Positions 44,030 through 45,086 of a DNA stretch of 45,086 nucleotides are shown piece by piece. The stretch's first letter is position 1. Each line of letters opens with the position of its first letter. Below the pieces are notes generated by a model that was not told the origin of the DNA, made no database searches, and was given only the letters and a program-made list of their open reading frames with translations. The translations under genes and the position numbers were made by a program. Source of the stretch: Candidatus Bipolaricaulia bacterium (GTDB taxonomy: Bacteria > Bipolaricaulota > Bipolaricaulia > JBHIAT01); contig JBHIAT010000007.1 of NCBI GenBank assembly GCA_046758705.1, forward strand, positions 1 through 45,086. Direction: 5' to 3'.

Positions 44030-45020
44030 CGCGGAGTTCGCCTTCGCCACCGGCAGCGTCCGGTTTCTGGAGACGAGGTTGCTCGACAGAACCCGGCTCG
44101 CCCGACTCATCGATGCTGCCGATGCTGAGGAGGCGTGGCAGACGCTCGTTGACGCTGGGTACACCGAGGCCGAGGCGACCGCCGAGGCCGAGCGAGAGAC
44201 CTATGAGCAGGCGCTGGTTGGGGAGCTCCAGGCCGTCTATCGCTTCCTGAAGCGTGTCTCCCCGAAGCCGCGTCTGACCGATTGGCTAGCCCAGCGCTAC
44301 GATTTCCACAACCTCAAGGTCTACCTCAAAGCGAAGCACTTGGGTGAGGCAGCGACGGATGGAGTGATCGAAGGGATCGGATTGGTGGCCGCGCAACTCA
44401 TCGAGGCGGCCGTCTCGACCGAGACTTGGGAGGCATTGCCCGATGAGCTGACTCGGGCCGGGGCGCAGGCCGTCACCCGCTACGAGCAGACCGGCTCTGC
44501 GAACACCTTCGACCTAGTCGTCGATCGGGAGATGTACGCCTATCTTCACTCGGTCGCGGATCATCCGTTCTTGAAGTCTTTGATCACCACCTGGTCTGAC
44601 CTGGTCAATCTGAAGACGGTGCTGAGAACCCGGGCACTGGACCGGGATCGGGAGTTTCTGGGGGAGGCGTTGGTTCCCCCCGGATCGTTAGCGATCGAAC
44701 GGCTATGGGAGCTGTTTGAAACCCCACTCGAAAACTGGTCCGATGAGCTGAGGCATACCGCCTATGCCTCGTTGATCGAGCAGGCGGTCGCCGTCTGGCA
44801 GGAACAACGGTCGCTGGCTGCCTACGAGAAACTCACTGACGATTACCTGATCGAGGAGTTATCGACCGCCAAGCTCTCCACCTACGGAGTTGAGCCGCTG
44901 GTCGCTTACGTCCTCGCCAAGGAGATCGAGATCAAGAACGTCCGAATCATCATGGTCGGCAAACTCAACGAGATTCCTAACGAGGAGATCGAGACCCGGA
45001 TCCGTAACAGCTATGTTTAA
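44004..45020 (+). CDS. V/A-type ATPase subunit C (d-subunit, rotor socket)
   Basis: 338 aa, overlapping the end of E by 26 nt. All-helical, matching length, position and composition of NtpC/AtpC. Start at 44004 or 44010. Confidence 0.75.
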   Translation: MQMTALQDDAEFAFATGSVRFLETRLLDRTRLARLIDAADAEEAWQTLVDAGYTEAEATAEAERETYEQALVGELQAVYRFLKRVSPKPRLTDWLAQRYDFHNLKVYLKAKHLGEAATDGVIEGIGLVAAQLIEAAVSTETWEALPDELTRAGAQAVTRYEQTGSANTFDLVVDREMYAYLHSVADHPFLKSLITTWSDLVNLKTVLRTRALDRDREFLGEALVPPGSLAIERLWELFETPLENWSDELRHTAYASLIEQAVAVWQEQRSLAAYEKLTDDYLIEELSTAKLSTYGVEPLVAYVLAKEIEIKNVRIIMVGKLNEIPNEEIETRIRNSYV

Positions 45021-45086
45021 AGGGATAAGAGGTCAACGACCTGTCCCGTAAACAGGACAGGCTTGCCAAAGGGCTAAGGCAACGCA

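Noticed and set aside
45040-45063. 7-bp hairpin (CCTGTCC cgtaaaca GGACAGG) after the subunit C stop as a terminator
   Set aside because: Not followed by a U-tract, and the V-ATPase operon is expected to continue (F, A, B, D) beyond the window. More likely an intercistronic structure; too little context to call.
1-45086. Mobile elements such as IS elements, integrases or phage genes, and toxin-antitoxin pairs
   Set aside because: No transposase-, integrase- or recombinase-like ORFs and no terminal inverted repeats were found. Low-GC patches (ThiI-like 5' half, pilin middle, 1402-1540) are too short and lack flanking repeats to be called islands.

Overview
GC-rich bacterial chromosomal segment dominated by the core transcription/translation neighbourhood. 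No rRNA, tRNA, CRISPR array or mobile element was found.

Gene content, in order:
- Minus-strand block 4827..9181: rpsF-ssb-rpsR-lpxC, then a RodZ-like HTH/DUF4115/TPR protein, then trpS. Upstream of it, near the window start: a DUF192 protein, a small membrane protein, an SPFH/stomatin gene, rplM, a membrane-anchored DUF3179 protein and an adjacent Cys-less HesB/IscA-like small protein.
- hpf, then an accessory-looking stretch at 9932..15308: a ThiI-derived PP-loop-like protein with a degenerate ATP motif, a UvrD/PcrA helicase, and a tightly coupled FmdB zinc-ribbon / Mut7-C (DUF82) nuclease / TM coiled-coil LysM protein with near-identical in-frame DNA tandem repeats.
- rpoC (1660 aa, two large lineage-specific insertions; rpoB is not adjacent).
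- A contiguous str-S10-spc-alpha super-operon running rpsL to rplQ. tuf, rpmD and infA are absent from their usual positions. S14 is the Z type, L36 the Cys-containing type, and uL24 carries a Cys4 site.
- An orphan type IV pilin-like gene, frr, and the first five genes (G-I-K-E-C) of a V/A-type ATPase operon whose 16-kDa K subunit carries the full Na+-binding signature.

Several near-consensus sigma70 promoters with 17-bp spacers are visible in intergenic regions. LpxC together with a V-type ATPase and a pilin suggests a diderm, LPS-making lineage outside the usual model phyla. Starts were refined by codon arithmetic from the ORF track and alignment to conserved N-termini; homology calls rest on recognisable motifs only, no searches were run.
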